Assembly: GCA_016840085.1 (NCBI GenBank) | Contig: JAEOTA010000009.1 | Coordinates: 1 to 42,701, forward strand | Direction of reading: 5' to 3' | Source of the DNA: Promethearchaeota archaeon | GTDB taxonomy: Archaea; Asgardarchaeota; Lokiarchaeia; Sigyniarchaeales; SOKP01 | DNA length: 42,701 nucleotides | Part shown: positions 19,399 to 29,600 of the stretch, piece by piece | Layout of the letters: every line of letters starts with the position of its first letter | Position numbering within the stretch: the stretch's first letter is position 1 | Translations under genes and position numbers: made by a program | Notes under the pieces: model-generated | Databases searched by the model: none | Told to the model about the DNA's origin: nothing | What the model saw: only the letters and a program-made list of their open reading frames with translations

Positions 19399-20478
19399 AT
19401 TTCAAAGCCTCTGAAGATAGGGTTAGTAGGTACAGGAGCAATTGCTTATGCTCACTTACCGGCTTATCTTAATTTTCCTGAGAAAGTTCGATTGGTTTCT
19501 GTCTGTGATATTAATGCGAAATCAATGAAATTATATGCAAAAAGAGCAAAAGTTGGATCTGTTTATACTGATTTCGAAAAAATGTTGAAAGAAGAAGATA
19601 TTGATGCCGTGGATATATGTACTATACACGATCAACATAAAATTCAAACAATCATGGCAGCGGAAACTGGAAGACATATATTGCTAGAGAAACCAATGGC
19701 TTGTACATTACAGGATTGTCGGGATATAGTTAGAGCTACTGAAAAAGCAGGGGTTACTTTTATGATAGCACTAGTGCTACGATATCTACCATCTTCTCAA
19801 GCAGTATTAGAACTAATACAAAATGAAGAACTCGGTTCAATTCGTGCCGTACGAGGTGATTCTATTCTTAAGCAGTCAATCATATTACCACACGACCACT
19901 GGATGTTTGATGGTAATCGTGCTGGCGGAGGAGTTTTAATTACTCTTTCAAACCATATAATAGATCTTTTACGGTATTTTTTAGGGGATGTGAAAAGAGT
20001 GAGTTGCATCTGTAAAACTATGAACTCTTTATTTATAAACGGTGCTGAAGATTTCGCTAGTGCTAGTTTAGAATTTAAAACAGGGGCGATTGGTAATATT
20101 TTCTCTAGTTTTTCAATAGGAAGGACTCCTTGGAATATAAAATACATAATCTATGGCGAATCAGGTACTATTTATTCAAATCCACCGCCAATTGAAAAAT
20201 CACACCAGCAAATTGGAAATGCGGTCATATCATCAAGAACACATGATAAAGATGGTATCACCTCTAAGAAAGGAGAATTTACACCGATAAAACCGAATTA
20301 TAAGTATATAGTAGGAGATGATCCCTTTGCAAACGAAATTATTCTTTTTGTTGATTGTTGTCAAACTTACAAAACACCTATTAGTAATGGAAAAGATAAT
20401 CTTGATACAATGAAAATTATTTTTGGTCTCTATAAATCCTCAGATTCAAATAAAGCCATCGATTTGAGTAATTTGTGA
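19399..20478 (+). CDS. Gfo/Idh/MocA-family NAD(P)-dependent oxidoreductase, probable ATT start
   Basis: Rossmann motif KIGLVGTGAIA lies in frame upstream of the called TTG 19492; HILLEKPMA and AGGGVL present. GGTGA at 19387-91 precedes ATT 19399. Confidence 0.88.
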   Translation: MSKPLKIGLVGTGAIAYAHLPAYLNFPEKVRLVSVCDINAKSMKLYAKRAKVGSVYTDFEKMLKEEDIDAVDICTIHDQHKIQTIMAAETGRHILLEKPMACTLQDCRDIVRATEKAGVTFMIALVLRYLPSSQAVLELIQNEELGSIRAVRGDSILKQSIILPHDHWMFDGNRAGGGVLITLSNHIIDLLRYFLGDVKRVSCICKTMNSLFINGAEDFASASLEFKTGAIGNIFSSFSIGRTPWNIKYIIYGESGTIYSNPPPIEKSHQQIGNAVISSRTHDKDGITSKKGEFTPIKPNYKYIVGDDPFANEIILFVDCCQTYKTPISNGKDNLDTMKIIFGLYKSSDSNKAIDLSNL

Positions 20479-20545
20479 AAAATAAATAAAAAATGTAATT
20501 AATAATTTTATTATTTCTTAATATAAATCCGACCTTTGTTTTAGA

Positions 20546-21289
20546 ATGCCAATTATACATGAGTTATTAAAAGAAAACTACTCATTTGAGGAGGCAGAGT
20601 TACTACAGGTTAAGTATTGTAATATAATTAAAAATCTGTCAGAGAATACTCAAATAAATACAATTAAGATATTCAAAACAGTTGCAGGAGTAGACATTTC
20701 ATATTATATTCAAAAAAATAAGGAATACGGTGTTGCTTGCGCAGTACTCTGGGATATAAGAGCAGAAAAAGTTATAACCCATTGCTTTGCTAGTGGAGGC
20801 ATCAAATTTCCTTATAAACCGGGATTCTTAGGATTTCGAGAATGTAGGTTGCTATCACAGGCTATTTTCCAATTACCAAAGAGACCAGATCTTATAATGT
20901 GCGATGGTCATGGGAAAATTCACCCTAAAAGGTTTGGAGAAGCAGTCCACCTTGGTTTAGCTCTAAATATTCCTAGTATAGGCATAGCTAAAAATCCATT
21001 TATTGGATTTTCTAAGTGGAATGAAATTGAGAAATTTAAAGGTAATAAAGCTCCAATCTGGGCTAAAAACCCAAAATTTACTCTTAATAAAAATTCAAAT
21101 GAACTATTAGGATACACAATATGTTTAAACGATTATTCTAAACCGATTATGATAAGTGAAGGTTATAAAGTTACTCTTGATACTGCTTTAAAAGTTTGTT
21201 TGAATGCAACTAAAGGGCACCGACAACCAGAACCATTATATTTAGCAGATTATCTTTCTAGGAATAAAGTGAAGAAGTTTGTGCCATAA
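20546..21289 (+). CDS. nfi: Endonuclease V
   Basis: VAGVDISY, FPYKPGFLGFRE, MCDGHGKIHP, SIGIAK, PEPLYLAD. Confidence 0.93.
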   Translation: MPIIHELLKENYSFEEAELLQVKYCNIIKNLSENTQINTIKIFKTVAGVDISYYIQKNKEYGVACAVLWDIRAEKVITHCFASGGIKFPYKPGFLGFRECRLLSQAIFQLPKRPDLIMCDGHGKIHPKRFGEAVHLGLALNIPSIGIAKNPFIGFSKWNEIEKFKGNKAPIWAKNPKFTLNKNSNELLGYTICLNDYSKPIMISEGYKVTLDTALKVCLNATKGHRQPEPLYLADYLSRNKVKKFVP

Positions 21290-21339
21290 CGTTTAATGTC
21301 TCAAATAAAGTTTGAGTTTAAAACGAAATGAAATTAAAG

Positions 21340-22725
21340 TTATTGAGTGATATCATTTAACATCTTAACAGCTAGTTCCCTAACATCTACATCTATATCT
21401 TTAGAGAGTTTTTTCATTAATTCTTTAAATTTCTCATCTTTTATTTCAAATTTACTAAGAGCTTTAATTAAATTGTATCTAACTAACCAATCTTGATCGT
21501 GAATCATTTCAAGAAATGCTTCATAAACCCTATCATCTTTTATTTCACTTAATATTTTTATAGCAAATCTTTTAATATCGCTGTTATTACTATTTAAATC
21601 TTTAATAAGTAAACTAATTATCGATTCTTTATCATTCTCCTCTAAAAGATAATACATTTGTTTTAAAAGAGATATCTGAAAATAATTTGGAAAATGATGA
21701 GCTATAGGTAATTTAGATTTTTCTTCTTGAAATTTTATTGAAATATTGTTTCTTAATTTGAGAACCAGATCATTGAACCGTTTATTCTCCTCTTTATATC
21801 TCGACAATTTATTTTTTAATTCTTTTAATTCTTCCTCATCAGACACTAATTTTTTAGATAAATCGTTGCTAACATCTAATTCTTCTTTTAATTTGAGAAC
21901 TAAATTATTGAGCTGCTTATTCTCATCTTGATATTGTAACAATGTTTCCTTTAAAACTTGCAATTCCTCTTCATTAGACGCTATTTCATTGGTTAAGTCA
22001 TTGCTTGCTTTTAATTCTTCTTGTAAATATTTCACAAATGTCTCAGAATCTTCTAACTCTGAAGTTAATTGTTCAATTTTTTTATTTGCTAATTTCAATT
22101 CATGTAGATTTTTTACTTCGTTACCTTCTTGGAGTTGAGTTTTTAAAGATTCAATTTCAACGCGTAACAAACCATTCTCTTCCATCAATTGAAAGTTTAG
22201 TTTTTTAACATAGACTAATTCTTCATTTTCTTCTTTTGGGGTGTCATTAATTGGTACTTCTTGTAATTCTTCTACTTCAGCTTGTAATTTTTCAATTTTT
22301 AATTTTAACTCTTCGACTTGACTTTTATCTTGTTCACTTTCTTCAGTTAATTGAATTATAAGCTTTTGAGCATTGATTAATTCTTCTTTATTTGTAGAGA
22401 TTTGATCTCCTTCTTCAAATCCTTCTAAATGTTCAGTTAATTCATCTATTCTTTCATTTAATACGTTAATTTCATCATCTCTTCTTGTTAATTCTTCCCT
22501 CTGAAAAATTATGGTATCTTTTAATATTTCAACTTCACTTGGTAAATTATCTTGATCAGTTTTTATTTGACCTTGTTGATCTTCTATTAATATTTGTTGT
22601 TCTTTTATTGTAAAATTCAATTTATTTATTTTCTCTTTTAAAGAAGTAATAGTTTCTTCTAATTCAGCCCGTGATTTTGTTTTTTCTTCAACAGAATCTA
22701 TTAAATCTTTTAAATCTCTACTCAT
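21340..22725 (-). CDS. Long coiled-coil protein with C-terminal HEAT repeats
   Basis: About 330 aa of E/K/L heptads, then DIKRFAIKIL, DWLVRYNLIKAL and DVDVRELAVKML. Confidence 0.85.
   Translation of the reverse strand: MSRDLKDLIDSVEEKTKSRAELEETITSLKEKINKLNFTIKEQQILIEDQQGQIKTDQDNLPSEVEILKDTIIFQREELTRRDDEINVLNERIDELTEHLEGFEEGDQISTNKEELINAQKLIIQLTEESEQDKSQVEELKLKIEKLQAEVEELQEVPINDTPKEENEELVYVKKLNFQLMEENGLLRVEIESLKTQLQEGNEVKNLHELKLANKKIEQLTSELEDSETFVKYLQEELKASNDLTNEIASNEEELQVLKETLLQYQDENKQLNNLVLKLKEELDVSNDLSKKLVSDEEELKELKNKLSRYKEENKRFNDLVLKLRNNISIKFQEEKSKLPIAHHFPNYFQISLLKQMYYLLEENDKESIISLLIKDLNSNNSDIKRFAIKILSEIKDDRVYEAFLEMIHDQDWLVRYNLIKALSKFEIKDEKFKELMKKLSKDIDVDVRELAVKMLNDITQ
21753..22025 (-). 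repeat. Two-copy 135-bp (45-aa) intragenic tandem repeat
   Basis: TTAATTTGAGAAC at 21753 and 21888; EELKASNDL..EEEL..LVLKL versus EELDVSNDL..EEEL..LVLKL. Confidence 0.8.
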
Positions 22726-22899
22726 GTCCTAATTATTCAATTAATTTAATTTTGCAAGATAAATACGAACTTCTATTATATTAATATCAATAATATCTAT
22801 AAATATTTAATTTCCTTATTGAACTCTGATTAACATAAAAAAAATTCTATAAAATTATATAGAAAGAAAAGAGAGTAAAAATAACTTCAAACTTAATAT

Positions 22900-23376
22900 C
22901 TACATGGGTTTTATTTCAAGAATTTTGTCTCCTTGCCTGATTGAATTAACAATATCTTGGTCTGATGCACTTATTACTTCTCCAAAAATCGTATGGGCAT
23001 TGTTAAGATGCGGTGTAGGTACATGAGTAATGAAAATCTGGGATCCATTTGTATTCGGTCCTGCATTTGCCATCGCTAAGATCCCTGGCTTATCAAATTT
23101 TCTTCCGCTTTGAAATTCATCGCCAAAAGGATAATTAATTTGTTGTCCTTGATAAGGAAAAGAACTAATACCTTTATCTCTCGGGCCACCTGTTCCACGA
23201 CCTAAAGGGCAGCCGACTTGAATCATGAAGTCTTTTATAACACGATGAAACACGATTCCATTATAAAACCCTTGATTGACTAAATGCAGAAAACTTGCAA
23301 CTGTCATCGGTGCGTCATCATCAAACAAATTAAGATTGATTTCCCCGTTATTTGTAACCATAATAATTCGCGTCAT
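22900..23376 (-). CDS. Cyclophilin-type peptidyl-prolyl isomerase
   Basis: FYNGIVFHRVIKDFMIQ, LAMANAGPNTNGSQIFIT, HTIFGEV. Confidence 0.95.
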   Translation of the reverse strand: MTRIIMVTNNGEINLNLFDDDAPMTVASFLHLVNQGFYNGIVFHRVIKDFMIQVGCPLGRGTGGPRDKGISSFPYQGQQINYPFGDEFQSGRKFDKPGILAMANAGPNTNGSQIFITHVPTPHLNNAHTIFGEVISASDQDIVNSIRQGDKILEIKPM

Positions 23377-23523
23377 ACAAGAGAAAAAGATGAAATTATT
23401 TTAATTGTTTCGCTTTTGAAATTCCCTTTTTGAATCTATTTTTCAAGCATGAAAAATTTAAAAATAATTATAACAATAAAATTTTATAAACGTTATAAAC
23501 GACAATTTATTTCAGATATAAAA

Positions 23524-25674
23524 ATGGCTAATAACGATATCTCATTTTTTTTCAATCCTAAGAGCATCGCAGTCATTGGTGCTAGTTCTACGAAAGGTAA
23601 AGTTGGTAATACTGTTTTAAACAATATAATAAACTCCGGATACAAAGGGAAGGTTTTCCCTATAAATCCAAGGGCAGATATAATTTTTGATCTTCCCTGT
23701 TTCGATAGTGTATTAAATGTTCCAGAGGATATCGATATAGCTATTTTTGTTATACCTAGTAAGTTTGTAAATGACGCAGCAGAAGATTGTGGTAAGAAAG
23801 GAGTAAAAGGATTAATTATTATATCTGCAGGTTTTAAAGAGATTGGTGGAGAAGGAGTAAAAAGAGAAGAGCAACTTATTAAAATCAGCAAAAAATACAA
23901 TATGCGAATTTTAGGCCCTAACTGCTTAGGATTTATAGGGCTTAATTATAACGGTTCATTCGCCGTTGAAACTCCAAAGAAAGGAGAAATTGCGATGATT
24001 TCGCAGTCTGGCGCAATGCTTACAGGGATGATGGATTATTCAATGACCCAAACGTTTGGATTTTCGTGTAATATAAGTTTAGGGAATAAAGCGGATTTAG
24101 GGGCAGTAGATTTTATAAAATATTTAGCAAATGATGAAAACACTAAAGTAATTCTCTGTTATTTAGAAAATATTAAGGATGGAGATTGGTTTTTAGAAAT
24201 TTTACCAGAGGCAACTCGAAAAAAACCAATAATAATATTGAAATCTGGTGTAAGTGAAGCTGGTGCGAGAGCAGCATCAAGCCACACTGGAGCATTAGCA
24301 GGTGCAGATATTGCCTATGATCTGGCATTTGAAAAATGTGGAGTTATACGAGCTAAAACTATTGAAGACCTATTCGATTATGGTGAAGTATTTTTATACC
24401 AACCTATTCCGAAAGATAACTCTTTCGCAATAATCACTAATGCTGGAGGTCCTGGAATAGTTGCTACTGATGCTTTTGAACGTGAGAAATTAAAGTTTGC
24501 TAGTTTTTCTGAACCGATTCTTCATTTATTAAGAGGAAATTTACCTATAGAAGCAGCTATCTTTAATCCTATTGATATTGTAGGAGATGCTACTCCTGCT
24601 CGGTATGAATTTACAATTAAAACAATTTTTGGAATAGATGCTGGACAAGATTTCGGGGAGATTAGAACACAGGGTGCTTTAATTATATTAACCCCACAAG
24701 CTCAAACCCAACCAACAGAAATCGCTAAGCTTGTACATAGTATTTCAAAAAATTATTTAAATGGGAAACCAGTTGTATGTTCTTTTATAGGAGGAAAAAA
24801 TATATCAGAAGGTCGAGATTATTTAAAACAGAACCACATCCCTTGTTATCACTTTCCAGACCGAGCTGCTCATGCATTAAAAACTTTAGTAAAACGACGT
24901 GAGTTTCTAACATCAACACCTTTGAATGAATTAGAAATTCCTTCATTCAAAGTAAATAAAAAAAGAGTAAAAGAAATTTTTTCTAATGTTCGCAATGATG
25001 AAAGAACTGTTTTATTAAGCTATGAAACAAGTGAAATTTTTGATTGTTACGGTATAAAATCCCCAAAATCTCGATTGGCTCAGACTCCTAAACAGGCAAT
25101 GAAATTACAATCTGAAATTGGAAAGGCTGTAATGAAGATAGTTAGTCCGCAAATAATCCACAAAACTGATGTGGGAGGAATCCTATTAAATATTGAAACT
25201 GAACAAGACGCGTTTGAAGCTTATATACAAATAGTAAATAATACGAAAAAATTTGGTCCCCAAAATGCTAAAATTTACGGTGTAGAAGTGCAAGAGATGA
25301 TAAATTTTAAAGCTAAACCAAAAGTGAATGAGATTATTATAGGGATGTCTCGGGATCCTCAATTTGGACCTCTTTTAATGTTTGGAACTGGAGGAATTTA
25401 CGCAAATTTCATTCAGGATGTTGGTTTTGCCTTATCTTATAAGTTTACCAGAGATGATGCAAAGCAATTAATTGAAAGTACTAAAATCAATAGTTTGTTG
25501 GAAGGTGTTAGAGGAGAAGCGCCTTCTGATAAACAAGCGATAATAGATGTTCTTTTGAGACTTGCACAACTGGTAAATAATTTTCCAGAAATAGTTGAAT
25601 TAGATATTAATCCACTTTTAGCTTTCGTTAAAGGCTATAGTGCTGTGGATATTAAAATTACAATAAAAAGATAA
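23524..25674 (+). CDS. ADP-forming acetate/acyl-CoA ligase, fused alpha-beta subunits
   Basis: FNPKSIAVIGAS, LGPNCLG, SQSGA, SHTGALAG (phospho-His), TNAGGPG, ATP-grasp IIHKTDVGG, ELDINPL. Start set at ATG 23524. Confidence 0.92.
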   Translation: MANNDISFFFNPKSIAVIGASSTKGKVGNTVLNNIINSGYKGKVFPINPRADIIFDLPCFDSVLNVPEDIDIAIFVIPSKFVNDAAEDCGKKGVKGLIIISAGFKEIGGEGVKREEQLIKISKKYNMRILGPNCLGFIGLNYNGSFAVETPKKGEIAMISQSGAMLTGMMDYSMTQTFGFSCNISLGNKADLGAVDFIKYLANDENTKVILCYLENIKDGDWFLEILPEATRKKPIIILKSGVSEAGARAASSHTGALAGADIAYDLAFEKCGVIRAKTIEDLFDYGEVFLYQPIPKDNSFAIITNAGGPGIVATDAFEREKLKFASFSEPILHLLRGNLPIEAAIFNPIDIVGDATPARYEFTIKTIFGIDAGQDFGEIRTQGALIILTPQAQTQPTEIAKLVHSISKNYLNGKPVVCSFIGGKNISEGRDYLKQNHIPCYHFPDRAAHALKTLVKRREFLTSTPLNELEIPSFKVNKKRVKEIFSNVRNDERTVLLSYETSEIFDCYGIKSPKSRLAQTPKQAMKLQSEIGKAVMKIVSPQIIHKTDVGGILLNIETEQDAFEAYIQIVNNTKKFGPQNAKIYGVEVQEMINFKAKPKVNEIIIGMSRDPQFGPLLMFGTGGIYANFIQDVGFALSYKFTRDDAKQLIESTKINSLLEGVRGEAPSDKQAIIDVLLRLAQLVNNFPEIVELDINPLLAFVKGYSAVDIKITIKR

Positions 25675-25742
25675 AAAAATTATAGTCATACAATAAAAAA
25701 AATTTTAAAAAAAATAAATAAAATTAAGAAAAAGTGAAAAAA

Positions 25743-26804
25743 ATGGTTAAAACATTTTATTTGTGTTCTTTGGAAGAAATAGCGGGGAAAAGTTTTCTAT
25801 CAATAGGTTTTATTCAAAAATTAAAAAAAGAAGGAAAGAAATTCGTATATTTTAAGCCGATTGGCATTCCTAAAAGTGCGTTTACAAATAAAGCAGATCC
25901 AGATGTAGGCTTCATCCTGAATACAGTTTATAAGACAGATTATCCGTATGATTTTATTTCTCCTGTATCAATTCCAGATGTATATTATGTAGATTTAATT
26001 GATGCCAATAAAAAAGAAGAATTTTTACAAAAGATCAAGAACGCTTATGAAAAAATTACTAAAGATGTTGATTATGCCATAATTGAGGGTAATCCAAGTA
26101 TTAGAAAGTTTGTTAGAGTAGGAATTGATGATGTCAGTATTGCACAAACTCTAGGAATAAATGAATTGATTTATGTTTCTACAGAATCATCAGATCGAGG
26201 AATAGACAATTTCTTTTTTACTAAAAATTATTTTGAGTTTAGGAATATTAAGATTATGGGTATCCTCTTCAACAAGATTGATTATGAATATATTACAAGG
26301 ATTAAAGAGCTTACAGAAGACCATATAAGTCGCTATAATATCCCTATTTTAGGTATTATTGAAAAAAGTGTTGAGTTATTTTCACCTCGAGTAAATGAAA
26401 TAAAAGAACAAATTGGAGGTGAATTAATAAATGAGCAAGCAGTAGCAGGTTTAAGTAATATTGTTGAAACATATCTTATCGGAGCTATGAATGCTCAAGC
26501 TGCATTAAAGTATTTAAGACAAGTTAAACGAGCAGCAGTTATTACAGGAGGAGATCGCACAGATTTAGCTATGGCTGCACTTGACCAAGAGGTTTCAACG
26601 TTGATTTTAACAGGTTTTATTCAGCCTGATATGGGGGTAATAACTGCAGCAAATGAAAAGGGAATCCCAATAATATTAAGTCCTTCTGATACGTATACTA
26701 CAATGAGAAATTTAGAGCGGATACGACCAGGGATTCAAGAAGATGAAATGGAAAAAGTTCTCAATCTGATTGAAAAAGATATAAATTGGGATTTATTATT
26801 ATAA
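25743..26804 (+). CDS. Phosphotransacetylase N-terminal-like protein (BioD-like P-loop + DRTGG domain), no Pta catalytic domain
   Basis: AGKS, YFKPIG, IIEG, VITGGDRTDL, LILTG. Confidence 0.85.
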   Translation: MVKTFYLCSLEEIAGKSFLSIGFIQKLKKEGKKFVYFKPIGIPKSAFTNKADPDVGFILNTVYKTDYPYDFISPVSIPDVYYVDLIDANKKEEFLQKIKNAYEKITKDVDYAIIEGNPSIRKFVRVGIDDVSIAQTLGINELIYVSTESSDRGIDNFFFTKNYFEFRNIKIMGILFNKIDYEYITRIKELTEDHISRYNIPILGIIEKSVELFSPRVNEIKEQIGGELINEQAVAGLSNIVETYLIGAMNAQAALKYLRQVKRAAVITGGDRTDLAMAALDQEVSTLILTGFIQPDMGVITAANEKGIPIILSPSDTYTTMRNLERIRPGIQEDEMEKVLNLIEKDINWDLLL

Positions 26805-26879
26805 AATTAAACTTGAAGTTATATCAAAATTCGTTTTCTAAAATTTTAATTTAACCTACTCAATATTAAAAATTCAATC

Positions 26880-26924
26880 TAATTTACTCCCCATTATTTC
26901 CCCTCTCTTACATGGAGTAAATTA
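26880..26924. other. 11-bp inverted repeat (hairpin or operator) in the intergenic region before ald
   Basis: TAATTTACTCC(26880-90) and GGAGTAAATTA(26914-24) with a 23-nt spacer. Confidence 0.5.
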
Positions 26925-27060
26925 AATAAATTTATTTAAAATAATCATAGAATTCATTATCGCGTACATCAATATTTAATTAGTAAGATTAATTTTATTC
27001 CAAAGTTTTATCAAAATATAGATTCAATTTTTTATATAATATAAGAGTTTTGAATAAGAA

Positions 27061-28176
27061 ATGATAATTGGAACCCCTAAAGAAATTAAACTTGGTGAAG
27101 GTAGGGTAAGTCTAACGCCTTACAATGTTGAAGAGTTAATTCATTTAGGACATGAAGTAATTATTGAAGATAATGCTGGGAATAATGCAGGTTTTACTAA
27201 TGATCAATATATTGAAGCTGGAGCTAAAATTTATGACAGCAAGAAAAAAATCTATACAGATTCGGATATTCTTGTTAAAGTTAAAGAACCTGTTTTAGAA
27301 GAATTAAACTATTTTAATCAAGGACCAATATTATTCTCATTTTTACACTTATCTGCAGTTAGAGAATTAACAAATATTTTTATGAAAGGTAAAGCAACTG
27401 CTATTGCTTTTGAATCAGTTGAATTAGATAATGGACATTTGCCTATTTTAATACCTATGTCTGAAATCGCCGGAAGGATGGCATTAATCAAAGGTGCAAA
27501 TTTACTTACTTTCCATAATAAAGGAAAAGGAGTATTATTAGGAGGAACTGCGGGAACATATAAAGGTAATGTTGTAGTATTAGGGGGAGGTACCGCAGGT
27601 TTAAATGCAGCAATGGCCGGATATGGATTAGGTGCTCATGTAATAATATTAGAAAGAAATATTGAGAGAATCAGATATTTAAAAGAGACTTTACCAACTG
27701 GAATAGATATTAGAATGTCTAATATTCGAAATATTAGAGAAAGTGTTAAACATGCTGATATTTTAATTGGTACCGTTTTAATTCCAAATGCAAAAGCTCC
27801 AAGAATTGTATCAAAAGAAATGGTTAAATCGATGAAACCAGGGTCTGTTATAGCAGATGTTTCTATTGATCAAGGAGGATGTATAGAAACTAGTAGACCA
27901 ACAACTCATGAAGATCCAATATATATTGAAGAAGATATCATTCATTATTGTGTTACAAATATGCCAGGTGCTTATCCAAGAACCGCTACAGAAGCTTTAT
28001 CTGAAAGTTTATTCCCATATTTATTGAATTTGATATCAGATGAAGATATTATAAACATTCTTAAAAATTATCCTCCTTTAAGAAGAGGAGTAAATGTTTT
28101 TAGGGGAAATATAACTATAAAAGAAATTGCAGACACCTTTAATTTTCCATATAGCCCGATAGAAGATCTAATTTAA
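27061..28176 (+). CDS. ald: Alanine dehydrogenase (AlaDH/PNT family, bacterial type)
   Basis: [46 protein letters not shown]. Confidence 0.95.
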   Translation: MIIGTPKEIKLGEGRVSLTPYNVEELIHLGHEVIIEDNAGNNAGFTNDQYIEAGAKIYDSKKKIYTDSDILVKVKEPVLEELNYFNQGPILFSFLHLSAVRELTNIFMKGKATAIAFESVELDNGHLPILIPMSEIAGRMALIKGANLLTFHNKGKGVLLGGTAGTYKGNVVVLGGGTAGLNAAMAGYGLGAHVIILERNIERIRYLKETLPTGIDIRMSNIRNIRESVKHADILIGTVLIPNAKAPRIVSKEMVKSMKPGSVIADVSIDQGGCIETSRPTTHEDPIYIEEDIIHYCVTNMPGAYPRTATEALSESLFPYLLNLISDEDIINILKNYPPLRRGVNVFRGNITIKEIADTFNFPYSPIEDLI

Positions 28177-28221
28177 ATATTCTTTTCATTAAGTTATTCA
28201 ATACAACAAAAAGTGAACTAA

Positions 28222-28367
28222 GTGTCAAAAAGAGCAAGAGACGAAGTAAAAAGTGAGAGAATAAGACTCTATTTTGATTTAACATGCTTAGGAATTTATT
28301 ATAGGATAAAGAGAAGTATTTCGACGAACAAAAACCAAAAAAGGATTTTAAACATCTAATTATATAA
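28222..28367 (+). pseudogene. Internally deleted, frameshifted paralog of the small membrane protein at 29601
   Basis: GTG-SKRARDEVKSERIRLYFDLTC versus KDEAKQERKKLYFDLIC; identical 17-mer ACTCTATTTTGATTTAA at 28266 and 29648. TM segments missing; tail KEKYFDEQKPKKDFKHLII* is in another frame. Confidence 0.7.
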
Positions 28368-28386
28368 TATTTTTACTTAAGGAAAC

Positions 28387-29568
28387 ATGAAAAGATTACA
28401 AGTTTTTGAATATGCGATTCGTGAGATTGCTACCGTTGCAGAGAAAGTTGCTAAAAGTGGTAAAAGAGTTTATCATTTGAATATTGGAGATCCTGCAAAA
28501 TATGATTTTAAGACGCCTAAAAATTTTTCGCAAGCCTTAGCTGATGCTTCCTTTGAAGGAAAAAATTTTTATGCTAATTCGTTAGGTGTTCCAGAACTTA
28601 GAGTGGAATTAAGCAATAATTTAAAACAGTTATACAATATTGATGTAAGTGCTGACAATATATTAGTGACCACAGGGGTCAGTGAAGCAATTTTCTTTCT
28701 TCTCGCAGGACTCATTGAAAATAAAAATGAAATACTTATACCAGGCCCTAGTTATCCCTTATATATAAATTATGCAAAATTCTTTGATGGAGTTCCTGTT
28801 GAATATGAATTAGATGAAGAAAATGATTGGGAACCTAATACAGATGATTTGAGGAAGAAAATATCAAATAAAACACAAGCTATTCTAATATGTTCTCCTA
28901 ATAATCCAACAGGTGTAATGTATAGTGAAAAGATGATAAAAGGTATTATTGATATTGCTGGAGAATATAATTTACCCGTTTTATCTGATGAAATTTATGA
29001 TCAAATCGTATATGATAAACCTTTTACATGTCCTGCTTCACTCAGTAAGGATGTTCCATTAATCGGTTTGAATGGGTTTTCAAAAGCTCACCTTGCTACA
29101 GGATGGAGATTAGGATATATGTATTATCATGATCCTGAAAATAAACTAGAAGAATTAAAGGAAGGAATTGCAAAACTAGCACGAGCAAGAATTTCTGCTA
29201 GTTCAATAGCACAATATGCAGCTTTAGAAATCCTACGAAATCCAGGAACACATACAAATGAAATGGTTAAAAAATTAAAGGAAAGGCGAGATTACTCATA
29301 CGATAGACTAAGAAAAATTGAAGGTATTACTTGTGTCAAACCTAATGGAGCTTTTTATTTATTTCCAAAATTTAATTTTAAAGAATTGGGAGAATGGAAG
29401 GATGATAAAGAATTTGCTATAGATTTGCTTGAAAAAACAGGTGTTTGTGGTGTATATGGATCGGGATTTGGTGAATATGGAAAAGAACATGTAAGATTTA
29501 CATTTTTAGCGAATAAAGAAATATTAGAAACTGTCTATAATCTCCTTGAAGATTTTATAAAAAAGTAG
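28387..29568 (+). CDS. Class I/II PLP aminotransferase, likely alanine aminotransferase type
   Basis: EYAIREI, LNIGDP, SPNNPTG, SDEIYD, NGFSKAHLATGWRLGY, GAFYLFP. Confidence 0.88.
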   Translation: MKRLQVFEYAIREIATVAEKVAKSGKRVYHLNIGDPAKYDFKTPKNFSQALADASFEGKNFYANSLGVPELRVELSNNLKQLYNIDVSADNILVTTGVSEAIFFLLAGLIENKNEILIPGPSYPLYINYAKFFDGVPVEYELDEENDWEPNTDDLRKKISNKTQAILICSPNNPTGVMYSEKMIKGIIDIAGEYNLPVLSDEIYDQIVYDKPFTCPASLSKDVPLIGLNGFSKAHLATGWRLGYMYYHDPENKLEELKEGIAKLARARISASSIAQYAALEILRNPGTHTNEMVKKLKERRDYSYDRLRKIEGITCVKPNGAFYLFPKFNFKELGEWKDDKEFAIDLLEKTGVCGVYGSGFGEYGKEHVRFTFLANKEILETVYNLLEDFIKK

Positions 29569-29600
29569 TAAACATACAAATTCATATACTTAAAAATTAG

